Source: Octopus vulgaris
Taxonomy: Eukaryota
Assembly (NCBI GenBank): GCA_951406725.2
Contig: OX597822.1
Coordinates: 88,164,001-88,228,000, forward strand
Length of the DNA stretch: 64,000 nt
Reading direction: 5' to 3'
Shown here: positions 39,960-51,858 of the stretch, piece by piece
Layout of the letters: each line of letters begins with the position of its first letter
Position numbering within the stretch: the stretch's first letter is position 1
Position numbers and translations under genes: made by a program
Notes under the pieces: generated by a model
Told to the model about the DNA's origin: nothing
What the model saw: the letters and a program-made list of their open reading frames with translations, nothing else
Databases searched by the model: none

Positions 39960-40162
39960 CACAACCATAGCAATAGGGTAGTTGGGGCGTAATTGAAAAT
40001 CACACCAAGGCTGAGAAGCACCCACCGAATCTTTGTAAATGCCCTTGCGGTTAATATATTTGAAGTTTTCCATATCTGGTTTTGGGTTTCTGTGAACCCA
40101 GAAGAACTTTTCAAAGTTGTTTCTAATCAGATCAGCCCAGTTGGAGAATGTAATTTCTTTAC
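39960..40162 (-). CDS. AGL: AGL exon
   Basis: Encodes GKEITFSNWADLIRNNFEKFFWV...RKGIYKDSVGASQPWCDFQLRPNYPIAMVV. Confidence 0.96.
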
Positions 40163-41586
40163 CTGATAATAGAAATACATCATAATGATAATCACAAAAG
40201 TTATTTAAGAGGATAATATAAGAAAGGTGACGGTCGTGTAGAAAATGTGCAGGCTAAAACTATGCACCTTCACTAGTCAGTTAAGGTAAGACAGTGTCAC
40301 ATGACAACTTGCTGGGGCTGCCTGCTGGAGCCTAACAGCAGGTATTTAAAGGGAAAAATTTGACAAGTCAGTCAGTCACTGGCTGACACTCACTGATGAT
40401 ACATTGAAGAGGCCAGGGAACAGAAGAAAGGAGACATGCACCCAACACCAGAGCTGAAGACACCTTCGAAGGGGGGTGGGGACGCCACGTCAAAACGGTA
40501 GAGGAGTAGGGGCCGAAGCTGGACGTGGTTCCTCCAGATGATGTCTCGAGCTAACTGGATCCTATAAAGGAGCTGTTGTGGTAGCAGACCACGAAACACA
40601 GTTGTAATTCCTCCCAATCTCACACTCACATTCACATAGAATTTAGATGGTAAACAACTGGTACAAGTGTTTTATTATATCCTGTTCAAACATGATTTTG
40701 AATTCAAAGTATTCTATTAGGTTTAAATAAAATAAATGCTGTTATTATACAAGAGGTTAAACCTTTACCTGTCCCGTGTTTCATACGTGACACACAGGAC
40801 ATATTTTCCTGATGTCAATGCATCATATATGAATCAATTCCCAATTGTTCTCAATCACCAGAGTAACTGAGGTCTTACAAAAGGAAAACTTTATATTACT
40901 CAGAACGTTTAAAACAAGGGCTAACTAAAAATCTGAAAACTGCAAGACACCTGTTCTTATCAATGTATCTAATGTAAAACTGATAGGGTATTCAATTCAA
41001 AGATTATAGAAAATAATGATGACAAAATCATGGAAGTTAATCTCAAATCAAACAAATTTATTTTTTCTGTGTGAAACTGAGGGGGAAATTTTAAACCTAA
41101 AGCATTGTTGAATTAATATCATCGTTTCATGTCCGTATTCCATGCTAGAATGGGTTAGGTGGTTCAACAAGATCTAACAAACCAAAGGGCTGTGTTGGGC
41201 TCCAATGTCTGCTTTGGATACCCTTCCTAATGCCAACCACTTTACAGAGTGTACGATGTATTATTCTTGTGGTCCCCACACTAATGAAGTTATCAAGTAA
41301 CTCACAAGACAAGATTCCTTCACAGATTTGGGATGCAGTATCAAGGAAGATTACTTTGTGCCAGGTGTTGAGAAAGATAGGGACAGGTGTCTTACTGCAA
41401 TAACATTATATAAAAGCATTTTCCCCTCACTAAAATACTTGCAATGAATACTAACAGTTACCTTGGTGTAAGTAGCTTCCTAGTTAGGTATGCAACCATA
41501 AAACTGTAACAGTGGAAGAGAAACCACAAGTTGTAGCATTCATGATTTTCTTTAAAAAAAATTACTTTTTCACAAAAGAAACTTAC

Positions 41587-41696
41587 CATCTCGTTTTTTA
41601 ACACTGGAGTAGCGATAATGTCCATCATTATGCATTTGATTTAACCATGTTATAGCTGAATAACAGAGAGCTACCAGCTCCACAGCAGAACCATCC
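41587..41696 (-). CDS. AGL: AGL exon
   Basis: Encodes RDGSAVELVALCYSAITWLNQMHNDGHYRYSSVKKRD. Confidence 0.95.
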
Positions 41697-41894
41697 CTAA
41701 AAACGAATTAAGATTAATTACCACAGTGTATACAGGAAAATTCTTCAATATAGATAAATAAAAATCCCATTTCAAAATAACATTAAAATGTATGTATGTA
41801 TGTATGTGTGTATGTGTGTGTATGTGTGTATGTATGTATGTATGTATGTAAGTAAGTATAAACCGTCCAAAATTTAAAAGTAGCATGCACGCAC

Positions 41895-42030
41895 CTTGGT
41901 GTTGCTGGTCGGCCACGTGTTCCAGCGTTCTCAGAACTTCCCATCATATCCATCCATGTACCACAGTTGTGTATGTTACCTCCGTAAACAAAACCAGTCT
42001 TCCAGTCAATTCCAATACTGTTGTTGAAAC
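41895..42030 (-). CDS. AGL: AGL exon (WMD glucosidase motif)
   Basis: Encodes [46 protein letters not shown]. Confidence 0.96.
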
Positions 42031-42104
42031 CTTTAAAACAGAAGATATAAGACATTTTATGTAAATTATGACATTATCAAAAACTTCACATATTTTCCTG
42101 GATA

Positions 42105-42142
42105 TCATCACAACTACTACTACTACTACTACCAGCACCACT

Positions 42143-42173
<31 letters not shown>

Positions 42174-42285
42174 CTGCCACCACTACTGCTGCTACTATTA
42201 CTGCTGCTGCTGCCATCACCACTGCCACCACCACCACTGCAGCTGCTGCCACCACAACCACCACCACCACCACCACCACCACCAG
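42105..42285. repeat. Compound trinucleotide repeat (ACT/ACC/GCT)n
   Basis: Directly visible; intronic. Confidence 0.9.
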
Positions 42286-42833
42286 TGGTTCAAATTCTGA
42301 GGTTGACTTTGCCTTTCATCCTTTTGGGGTTGATGGAATAACTACAAGCTGAGCACTGGAGTTGATATCAACTTGCTCCCATCTCCTAAGACTGCTGACC
42401 TTGTGCCAAAATTGGTAGAATGGCTAAAAAGTCAGAAAAATACTTTTTGGTATTTCTTTTGACATTTTTTGTTCTGAGCATTCTTGGAGTTCAAATACTG
42501 CCAAGGTTGATTTTGCCTTTCATCCCTCTGGGGTCAATAAATTAAGTACCAGTCAAGTACTGGATTTGATAGTATTGGCTATTGTGCCAAAACTTGAAAC
42601 CATTATTATTAGTAGTATTAAGTCTTGCAGTAATTGTTGTGGAGTTTGTCTCTTATATTAAACATCTTAAAGTTTAAGTCTCAATCATATGAAACATTGT
42701 GGCCTGTAAAATGATTTACTTTTCTTCTTTTAAATACATATATCTATATGGAGAGATTAACAGACAGAGTAACTGAGTTGAAATCCAACACAAATATTTC
42801 ATTATTTCATGATATCTCTGTCTAGAACGTTTA

Positions 42834-43703
42834 CTGTATTTTCCGGTGTATAAGCCACACCCATGTATAAACTGCACCCTTAATTTTTAGTCCCCAATGG
42901 GAGAAAAACGTGGGGGAAACCAGGAAATAACTGGTGCTAATGAATAGGGATAAATATAGTCTTCATTTTCATGATTTCATACTTAACAAACATTTGTGAC
43001 TGCAATCATTGATATTCGTAATTATTAATGGAAGAAGATAAAGTCTGGGTTTTAAATGCAAGAGATAATAAGAGAATGTTTTTTTATTATGTGTATTTAT
43101 ATGATTTATTCATATTGTGATCTTTATATTCTTTCTTGAAAATGTGTGGTCCTATAAAGGACTGACACTATTGGGTAGAGACTTCACTCAAAAGCCTAAG
43201 AACTCTTCGTCATCAGATGACTCATTGAAGACCTCATAGAGTTGACCATCTGCATATGCCAATTCATCCTCATCAGAAGAGTCAGGAGAGATGGCATTGT
43301 CTTCCCATAAGATGTCATCTTCTGTGTCGTCTAGCATGTTGGACATGTAGCACTTTGGGAAGGCCTGCTTGATGATGTCTTCTGGAATCTCCTCCCAGAC
43401 CTTCAGGATCCACTTGCAGATTGTCCCCAAGTCAACTTTCTTCATGCGCCTGGTCTTTACCATCTCCTTCAGTGCATTGGTCATCCAATCCTCCCAGCTG
43501 TGCTTGAGGTGGTCCTTAAATGGTTTGTTGATTGCAACATCAAAGGGTTGAAGAAGGGATGTCATTCCTCCAGGGATCATTGCCACGTCGATGTTCAGAT
43601 GACATGTCTCCACCTTGGTTTCTTCATACTTGTGGCATCTGAATGCGTCCAGAACCAGGAGACTCTTTCTCTGATGCAGTCCACTGATGTACCGCCCCCA
43701 CAC
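42834..43703 (-). mobile_element. pogo/Tc2-type DNA transposon 3' fragment (DDE_1 transposase C-half and one terminus)
   Basis: ORF 43188-43703 has LLVLDAFRCH...IPGGMTSLLQPFDVAINKPFK and an acidic tail. Terminus TA|CTGTATTTTCCGGTGTATAAG. Confidence 0.85.
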
Positions 43704-43823
43704 TACCCAATGTTTGAATATGAAATAGGTAGAATATTTTGGCTGGGTATGGTCGGATTAAATTCTAAAGGATTAATATAGATAAATAATCTTGACCTTT
43801 TCCACATGCTTATGGTATCTTAC

Positions 43824-43935
43824 CTTCATCTGACATGTGCATGTCAATTTTATGACCAGCATTTCGTTCTCGGAATTTCAGACCTTGAGCATGAACACTA
43901 AGACCTTCTTGGATAACTTTACTCAGAAGTTGAAT
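43824..43935 (-). CDS. AGL: AGL exon
   Basis: Encodes IQLLSKVIQEGLSVHAQGLKFRERNAGHKIDMHMSDEG. Confidence 0.96.
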
Positions 43936-44687
43936 CTAAAAGGAAACATTTAAGAATAATAAATGTTAGTTATTAATATGCATATCTGATAATTCATTAT
44001 ATTGAATCATTAACCATATAACATTAGCAGCTGAGAAATATGAAAGTAATTTATGTACATATCCTCACCTGTTTCCAAGCAAGGTAATATTTCCTCATTG
44101 CCAGGCAGGTTTTCACAGAATATTGGTTTCAAGTTTTAACACAAGGCCAGCAATTTCAGGGGAGGAGTTAGTCAATTACATCAACCCCAGTACTCAGCTG
44201 GTACTTAAGTTATCAACCCCGAAAGGATGAAAGGTACACTTGACCTTATTGGAATTTGATCTCAGAACATAAAGATGGATGAAATGCAGCTAAGAATTTG
44301 ATTTGCCATGCTAACGATTCTGCCAGCTTGCCACCTTTTTCACAGAATATTGGAAAGGGATGACACTGCTTGTATGACAGTTACATTCATTTACAATTAT
44401 TATGTGATGTCAAGATAAGGAGACACATATATACACACACTCACACATGCATGCCACACATACATAAATACATGCATATCATCTCTAACATCATCGTCAT
44501 CATCATTTTTTGCATGCCTGCATGAATTAGATGGAAACTACACAGGTGGACTTTTTTAAGGTTGGATGCCCTTCCTATCACCAACCTTTATCTGTTTCTA
44601 ACTAAGGAAATATTTACCTATGGCCAGATATTCATTTACAACAATCACACAGCATCAAGACAAAGGAGACACAAACATTCACACATA

Positions 44688-45110
44688 TGTAGTGACCCGT
44701 GGTGGCTATGACGGGAAGCAAAATGGAAAAGGGATTTAACAAGAGTAATCTCCCTCGAGCTTCTAGAATATTCGAGACTTTTCTGGAAGCTTCCGGTTTA
44801 TGTGGAAGTTAGGGACTTCTGGTCCATCCCTTATAAAAAGGAAAGAAGTTCTAAATTCGCACCACTTTGTGTCTGTCTGGCCTTAGGCTGGCATCGAGTC
44901 AAGCCGCCGTACCTTATGCCTGCTCATGCTCACCTTACTTACTTGGAAACATGTGACTGCAAACAGAACATATTCATGTAATATTATAAGCTTTCCTTCA
45001 CTTAACCTTGTATGTTAACGCATTACCTCCAGTAATAAATATGTTATAATTTATTACAAGCGTCTCCTGAATTTCTATTTTCTTGTTGTTGCGAACAAGA
45101 TGGTGACCCC
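44688..45110 (+). mobile_element. LTR (410 bp, TG...CA) followed by a tRNA-Trp-type primer binding site; internal region absent
   Basis: TGTAGTGAC...GTTGCGAACA, TATAAAA at 44832, AATAAA at 45034, then AGA-TGGTGACCCC at 45101-45110. Confidence 0.75.
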
Positions 45111-45224
45111 TCTTTCTCTCATACTGACTAAATTATACTTTATCTGCCAACATTACCACCAAAAATGGATAACCCTGACATCACTATACATACCTACATC
45201 TAGGTGTGTATGTGTGTGTGTGTG

Positions 45225-45268
<44 letters not shown>

Positions 45269-45276
45269 TGTGTGTA

Positions 45277-45339
<63 letters not shown>

Positions 45340-46229
45340 GCTTCTTTCAGCTTTTGTCTACAAAATCCACTCACAAGGGTTTGGTTAACCCACATCTATG
45401 GTAGAAGACACTTGCCCAAGGTGCCACGTAGTGGTACTGAACTAGAAGCTATGTGGTTGGGAAGCTATACATATGTGTGTATGTGTGTAAGTATATATAT
45501 AGGGCAGAGGAACTCTTGAGAGTCAACGGCCATCCAATAAATGAGTATTTTTTTTTTCTTAAGGCTTAAGGCTGTATCATGCACGAGAACATAGAAATAA
45601 TCGGACTGAATGCATGATCATGCGGTTAAACCATTGGGAGTGAAGGACTCCTAACCTTTGTTAGGGCATCCTTCTAAGAGAAGGTAACTCAGGTAACTGG
45701 GATAACTCCGACATAAAACCTGCGGCTCAGTGGTTACCGATGATGTTGGCTTGTTCTTCTTTTCGGATTATGGCTGCTGTTGTTTAGTGAGTAGGATTGA
45801 CTTAGTGCACAGCCTTTCCTCACTTTAAAAAAAATCTTCTTGCACAGGCATTGCACGATAACAACATTGTTCCTGATTGTTGATAGTGCTGTGAGTCTCA
45901 ACTGAATGGCTGGCTGTAGCCTTAAAAAGCAAATAAAAGTCCCATTTGATCACAGCACTAATAACAGTTAAGTTTCGTGCAATGGCCATACTCGATAATG
46001 GGCAGCCATCATATATATATATATATAGTTATTAGTTAGAGGTCGTTAATCTGACCCAAATACTTTATAAGCTCTCTGTATGTACACCAAGCTAACAATA
46101 TTGTATAGATTAGTAAAGAACTCCGCATAGTTTTGTGGCAGGGCCTGAGGTTATAGTTCCTCACCATTGTATATTGTAAATCTATGATTATGTTCCAGTT
46201 AGTTATACAGGTTTTTAGACAGAGTGTCT

Positions 46230-46269
<40 letters not shown>

Positions 46270-46273
<4 letters not shown>

Positions 46274-46569
46274 CGTCACCGACCAGGCTATCAGATGTTG
46301 CTACACATCACTGGTCACAATGTGCTTCGCATTGTTTTAGCCTTCAAATGACCCCACCCCGCTGGCTAAGTGAACAGGCCAACAGAAGAAAGAGTGAGAG
46401 AAAGTTGTGACGAAAGAGTACTGCAGGGATCGCCACCACCCATTGCCGGAGCCTCGTGGAGCTTTAGGTGTTTTCGCTCAATAAACATTCACAACACCCG
46501 GTCTGGGAATCAAAACTGCGATCCTACGACCGCAAGTCCACTGCCCTAACCACTGGGACATTGTGCCTC

Positions 46570-46570
<1 letters not shown>
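46270..46570 (-). mobile_element. tRNA-derived SINE
   Basis: Head on the - strand: GGAGGCACAATGTCCCAGTGGTTAGGG...GTTTTGATTCCCAGACCGGG, with A/B-box-like motifs. Confidence 0.7.
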
Positions 46571-46608
<38 letters not shown>

Positions 46609-49600
46609 CATCATCATCATCATCATCGTTTAGCGTCCGTTTTCCATGCTAGCATGGGTTGGACTGTTCTACTGGGGTCTGTGAAGCCAGAAGGCTTCAT
46701 CAGGCCCAGTCAAATCTGGCAGTGTTTCTACGGCTGGATGCCCTTCCTAACGCCAACCACTTCGTGAGTGTAGTGGGTGCTTTTTACGTGCCACCCGCAC
46801 TGGTGCCAGACAGAGCTGGCAAACGGCCACGAACGGATGGTGCTTTTTATGTGCCACCGGCACGAGGGCCAGGCGAGGCTGGCAACGGACACGAAACGGG
46901 GCGGTGCTGGCAACGGTCGCGAAACGGAAAGTTCTCTTACATGCCACCGGCACTGGTAACACATCTGCAATTTCCATTGATCGATTTCCATTGATCGATT
47001 TCGATTCTGATCCTCACTTGCCTCAACGGGTCTTCACAAGCAGAGTTTCGACATGCCACCGGCACTGGTAGCACATCCGCAATTTCCATTGATCGATTTC
47101 GATTCTGATCCTCACTTGCCTCAACACGTCTTCACAAGTAGAGTTTTGTGTCCCAAGAAGGGAAGGTATGCATACGTAGGCTGGCTCCATCCCATGTAGA
47201 AGGCCAAGGGTTATGGACTCACTTGTCCTGCCGGGTCTTCTCGCGCACAGCACACTTCCAGAGGTCTCGGTCTCTAGTCATTTCCTCAGTGAGACCTAAA
47301 GTTCGAAGGTCGTGCTTCACCACCTCGTCCCAGGTTTTCCTGGGTCTGCCTCTTCCACAGGTTCCCTCAACCGCTAGGGTGTGGCACTTTTTCACACAAC
47401 TATCTTCATCCATTCTCGCCACATGACCATACCAGCGCAAACGTCTCTCTTGCACACCACAACTGATGCTTCTTAGGTCCAGCTTTTCTCTCAAGGTACT
47501 TACACTCTGCCGAGTGTGAGTACCGGCATTACACATCCATCGGAGCATACTGGCTTCATTTCTAGCGAGCTTACGCATATCCTCAGCAGTCACGGCCCAT
47601 GTTTCACTGCCATGTAGCATGGCTGTTCGTACACACGCATCATACAGTCTGCCTTTCACTCTGTGCGAGAGGCCTTTTGTCACCAGCAGAGGTAAGAGCT
47701 CTCTGAACTTTGCCCAAGCTATTCTTACTCTAGCAGTTACACTTTCAGCACACCCGCCCCCGCTGCTGACTTGGTCACCTAGGTAACGGAAACTATCAAC
47801 TATTTCTAGTTTTTCTCCCTGGAAAGTGACGGAAGTTGGTCTCAGAGCATTTTCAGTGTTTATTGTTCCTGAGCATCTGCCACATACAAAAACCATCTTC
47901 CTAGTTAGCCTTCCTTTGACATTGCTGCATCTCTTATGTGTCCATAGCTTACACTTGGTGCATCTTATAGAGTTTCTACCTACACCTTTTCTACAGATCG
48001 AGCAGGGCCATCTACCTGAAGGTGTTTGTGATTTGTCTACCTTCCTACTGATTACGACTTTGGTTTTAGCTAGATTGACTCTGAGGCCCTTCGATTCTAA
48101 TCCTTGTTTCCACACCTGAAACTTCTCCTCCAGTTCTGATAGCGACTCAGCAATTAGAGCAAGGTCATCAGCATAGAGGAGCTCCCAAGGGCATCCTGTC
48201 TTGAATTCCTCCGTTATTGCCTGGAGGACTATGATAAATAGGAGGGGGCTGAGTACTGAGCCTTGGTGGACTCCTACCTCTACCCGGAATTCTTCACTGT
48301 ACTCATTTCCAACCCTCACCCTACTAGCGGCGTCCTTATACATGGCCCGCACAGCTCTCACTAACCATTCATCTATCCCTAGTTTCCTCATTGCCCACCA
48401 GATGAGGGATCGGGGGACCCTGTCGAAGGCTTTCTCCATGTCAACAAAAGCCAGGTACAGGGGCTTATCTTTGGCTAGGTATTTCTCCTGCAGCTGCCTT
48501 ACCAGGAATATAGCATCAGTAGTACTTTTCCCTGGCACAAACCCAAACTACATCTCATCTAAACTAACTCTCTCTCTAATTAGTTGGGCTATGACCCTCT
48601 CCGTAACCTTCATCACCTGGTCCAACAGCTTGATACCTCTGTAGTTATTTGTATCTAGGGCATCACTTTTACCTTTGTAGCAGTTGACTATTATACTGCT
48701 ACACCAGTCATTGGGTATGACCCCTTTGTGTATCACCTGATTAACTATACGGGTGACTAGGCTATAGCCGACACTACCAGACATTTTGAGCATCTCTGCA
48801 GTGATTCCTGATGGGCCTGGGGCTTTCCCTGTCTTCATGCTTCTAATTGCCTTAGCTACCACGGAACTATCAACTCGGATAGCTGGTCCCTCTGTTGGGT
48901 CAACATTCGGCAGACTCTCTTTATCCCATTCATTTTCTTCATTCAGCAACCTTTCATAGTGGCATCTCCAAACCTCTCTCTTTGCATCCTCATTTAGCGC
49001 AAGTGAACCATCTTCCATGCGAACACACTTCTCTCCTACCACATCACGATTCTCTCTCACACACTGTCTTGCAACACGAAACACCTCCAGTCTTTGGTCC
49101 TCACGGCGCAGAACATTGGCAAATTTTTTCTTATCTGCTTCCCCTCTGGCTAAATAAACCTGTCTCCTAGCTTCTCTTTTGGCAGTCTGATACAATTCCC
49201 TGCTACCCCCATTTTTCCAAACCTTCCAAGCCTGTCTCTTTTCTCTAATAGCCCTGTCTACAATATTGTTCCACCACCACGTTATTCTAGGTCGAGAGGG
49301 GACTTTGCACCAGCCACAGATCTGGTCAGTGGCTCTCAGCAGGTTGTCCCTTAGAAACGTCCAGCTGTCTTCTACCCCCTGTGATGCTCTATCCCCTTCT
49401 ACTTCGTCAGAGGCTTCAAGTAATATGTCCCTAAATCTCTGTCCATTTGCAGGATCTTTAAGCTTCCAGATCCTTCTTCTCCATATTTGTCGTCTTCTGG
49501 TTGTCCTCCTAGTCCTGATCCTAAAGTCACTGACTACCAGTCTATGTTGTGGGGTACATTCTTCACCTGGGAAGGTTTTGGCATTTATAAGCAGCCATCT

Positions 49601-50075
49601 CTCCCTTTGCCTTGTAAGGATGTAGTCAATTTGGCTGGTATGTTGGCCCGATTGGTAAGTGACTAGGTGGCTGGTAGGTTTCCTGAAGTTAGTGTTGCAA
49701 ATCATAAGATTATTTGCATCGCAGAACTCCAGCAGCCTGGTTCCCTCCTCGTTGCGGGAGCCATAGCCATAGCCTCCATGTACGCCATGGAAGCCCCCAG
49801 CATGTCGTCCAACGTGACCATTGAAGTCACCAGCCACAAAGATAAGGTCTCTGTTGTTCGTCAACGAGGTAGTCTGCAGTAGAGTGTCATAGAATCGGTC
49901 TTTCTGTCCATCGGGTAGCCCCGACTGAGGAGCATAGGCTGATATAATGGTTGCTAAACTATGATGAAGCACTAATCTAATCTTAAGTATTCTGTCACAT
50001 ACTCTGATTACCTCAATTACTTTATCTACCCATTTCTCAGCGATAAGTATACCCACGCCACCAACCCCGTCAGTG

Positions 50076-50077
<2 letters not shown>
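46609..50077 (-). mobile_element. RTE-clade LINE, 3.47 kb, 5'-truncated within the APE endonuclease; ORF broken by one nonsense codon
   Basis: APE motifs GVGILI, SAYAPQ, GDFNGHVG and SQIDYIL. RT motifs QFGF-type, AFVDMEKAFD, GVHQGSVLSP and YADD. Stop TAG at 48550-48548. (ATG)n tail. Confidence 0.96.
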
Positions 50078-50122
<45 letters not shown>

Positions 50123-50860
50123 GTGTATGTGTGTGAGTGCATGTGTGTATAAATATGTATATGTCTGTGTGTACCTTTGTCTTGACATCATATAATGGTT
50201 GTAAACAAGCACCACCATCATACAAGTGGTGTTGTCCATTTCCAGTCTACCATGAAAATCATGTCCAGCCAAGAGGAAACATTACCTTATTTGGAAACAA
50301 GTGAAGGTTGTTGACAGGAGGGGTATCTGCCTCAGCATATTCTATCTGATCCATACAAGCATGGAAAAATGTGTGTATGTGTGGAGAGAGAGAGAGAGAG
50401 AGAGGGGGAGAGAGAGGAGAGGGAGAGAGAGAGGAGAGAGAGAGAGGCTTAAATTAGGTAACAGGCCTGTTTGACAAGACCACCTAGTGTATGGGCACCT
50501 TTAGCTGAGCCCATTTTATTGTTAGCATTTGAATTAAAATCCAAGATTCCTTTCCCACCCATGTTATTTTCCATGGATATTGACCAAAAAAATACTCAGG
50601 CTGAATGTAAGCTGCATTAATTACAATAATGTAGGAGGGCCTTCAAAGTTTATGAAGCTCTTCAATAACAGTAGTTTAGGTTGGTCTTGAAAGTCTAAGA
50701 TCTTCAATTTCAACAGTCTAGTTCGGTGGGTGGGTGTGGGGGGCTTCAGAGTCATGGACATTGCTTTTCTCCTTGATTAGCTTATATAAAAACATATCAA
50801 ATGAAATTCATACTGGGAATATATTTAGTTTGTTATTTAGATGGATGTCTAGGAGGTCTG

Positions 50861-51056
50861 TTAAGACCAGAATTAAATCAACTGGTTTCAAGGATGGAAC
50901 GTTAAAACCAGGATCAAATTAACTAATGTCTTGGATAGATGGGCTTATTTACACCAGTATCAAATCAACTGTTGTTTTAGGAAGGATTGTTAAATCCAGG
51001 ATCAAATTAACTGAGGTGTAGATGGGATGTTTATTAAAACTAGGATTAAGTCAACT
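50861..51056. repeat. Five spaced copies of a 23-bp motif (TTAAAACCAGGATCAAATYAACT consensus)
   Basis: Copies start at 50861, 50902, 50948, 50990 and 51034. Confidence 0.75.
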
Positions 51057-51143
51057 AGTACTCTTCAGAGATTTTGCCAACAGATGGTAATTTAGAATTT
51101 AAGCAGAAGAATATTTGAAATTAAATCAAATCTGAGAAAATAC

Positions 51144-51369
51144 CTCTGGTTTTTTAATCTTGGCTTCAGAATCATCAGTAGGGTAGAGACGAGCCACTTT
51201 ATCTTTCAGCAGACTAGTGCCATTGGGAGCAAGTTTGCAATAGTCTTGAATACACTGTAGCCACCACCAGTAGGCATCACGGCAGTTGTACCGTGCACCT
51301 TCTCCTTCTAACAAAAGGTTAGGAATAAGACCATGCCGCAAACAGCCACCATAGGCCAAGATCATGTAT
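51144..51369 (-). CDS. AGL: AGL exon
   Basis: Encodes [45 protein letters not shown]...RLYPTDDS. Confidence 0.97.
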
Positions 51370-51460
51370 CTACAAATACAATATATATAATTACATAAAC
51401 ATACACGTATGATTAACTAATTAATTAATTGAAATATTTCAGAACAGTAAATATATTTAC

Positions 51461-51563
51461 CGAGCATCTTTGAATCTCCCTGTGAGCAGAAGATTTCCTC
51501 TGATAGCAATAAATGTATCTCTTCCCCAGTTTCTGGCAAATCCACTTGCAAAGTGAGGAAGCC
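51461..51563 (-). CDS. AGL: AGL exon
   Basis: Encodes [35 protein letters not shown]. Confidence 0.97.
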
Positions 51564-51676
51564 CTACGAAATACAAGAAACAATTTTTTCTCAGTGAAAT
51601 AAGCAAAACAAAAAAAAAAAAAACCATGAAATTAAAAAGAAAATTGAGAAAAATATAAGCAGTAAAAGACTCTAAC

Positions 51677-51858
51677 CTGCACACAAGCTCAAACAATCCT
51701 GATGTTTTCTGCCCTTATCATCAATGTACAATACATTGGGACGTGGGGCTTCTAGGTCATCAGCTAGAGGTGGAAGTTCAGCATTTTTAACAAAGCCACA
51801 AAACTGTATACAACACAATGAAAGTGCTTGTACAAATGACGAGCCGTGCTGAATAAAG
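51677..51858 (-). CDS. AGL: AGL exon (not in the ORF track)
   Basis: ttttag|C...GCA G|gttaga. Encodes [21 protein letters not shown]...ELPPLA...DCLSLCAG. Phases fit both neighbours. Confidence 0.95.

Noticed and set aside
41944-42352. Poly-Val / poly-Thr mucin-like ORFs
   Set aside because: Intronic trinucleotide repeat running into a SINE.
47148-49882. Several + strand ORFs over the RTE element
   Set aside because: Antisense shadows of the LINE ORF.
50861-51056. CRISPR array
   Set aside because: Eukaryotic intron, degenerate repeats, short related linkers and no cas genes.
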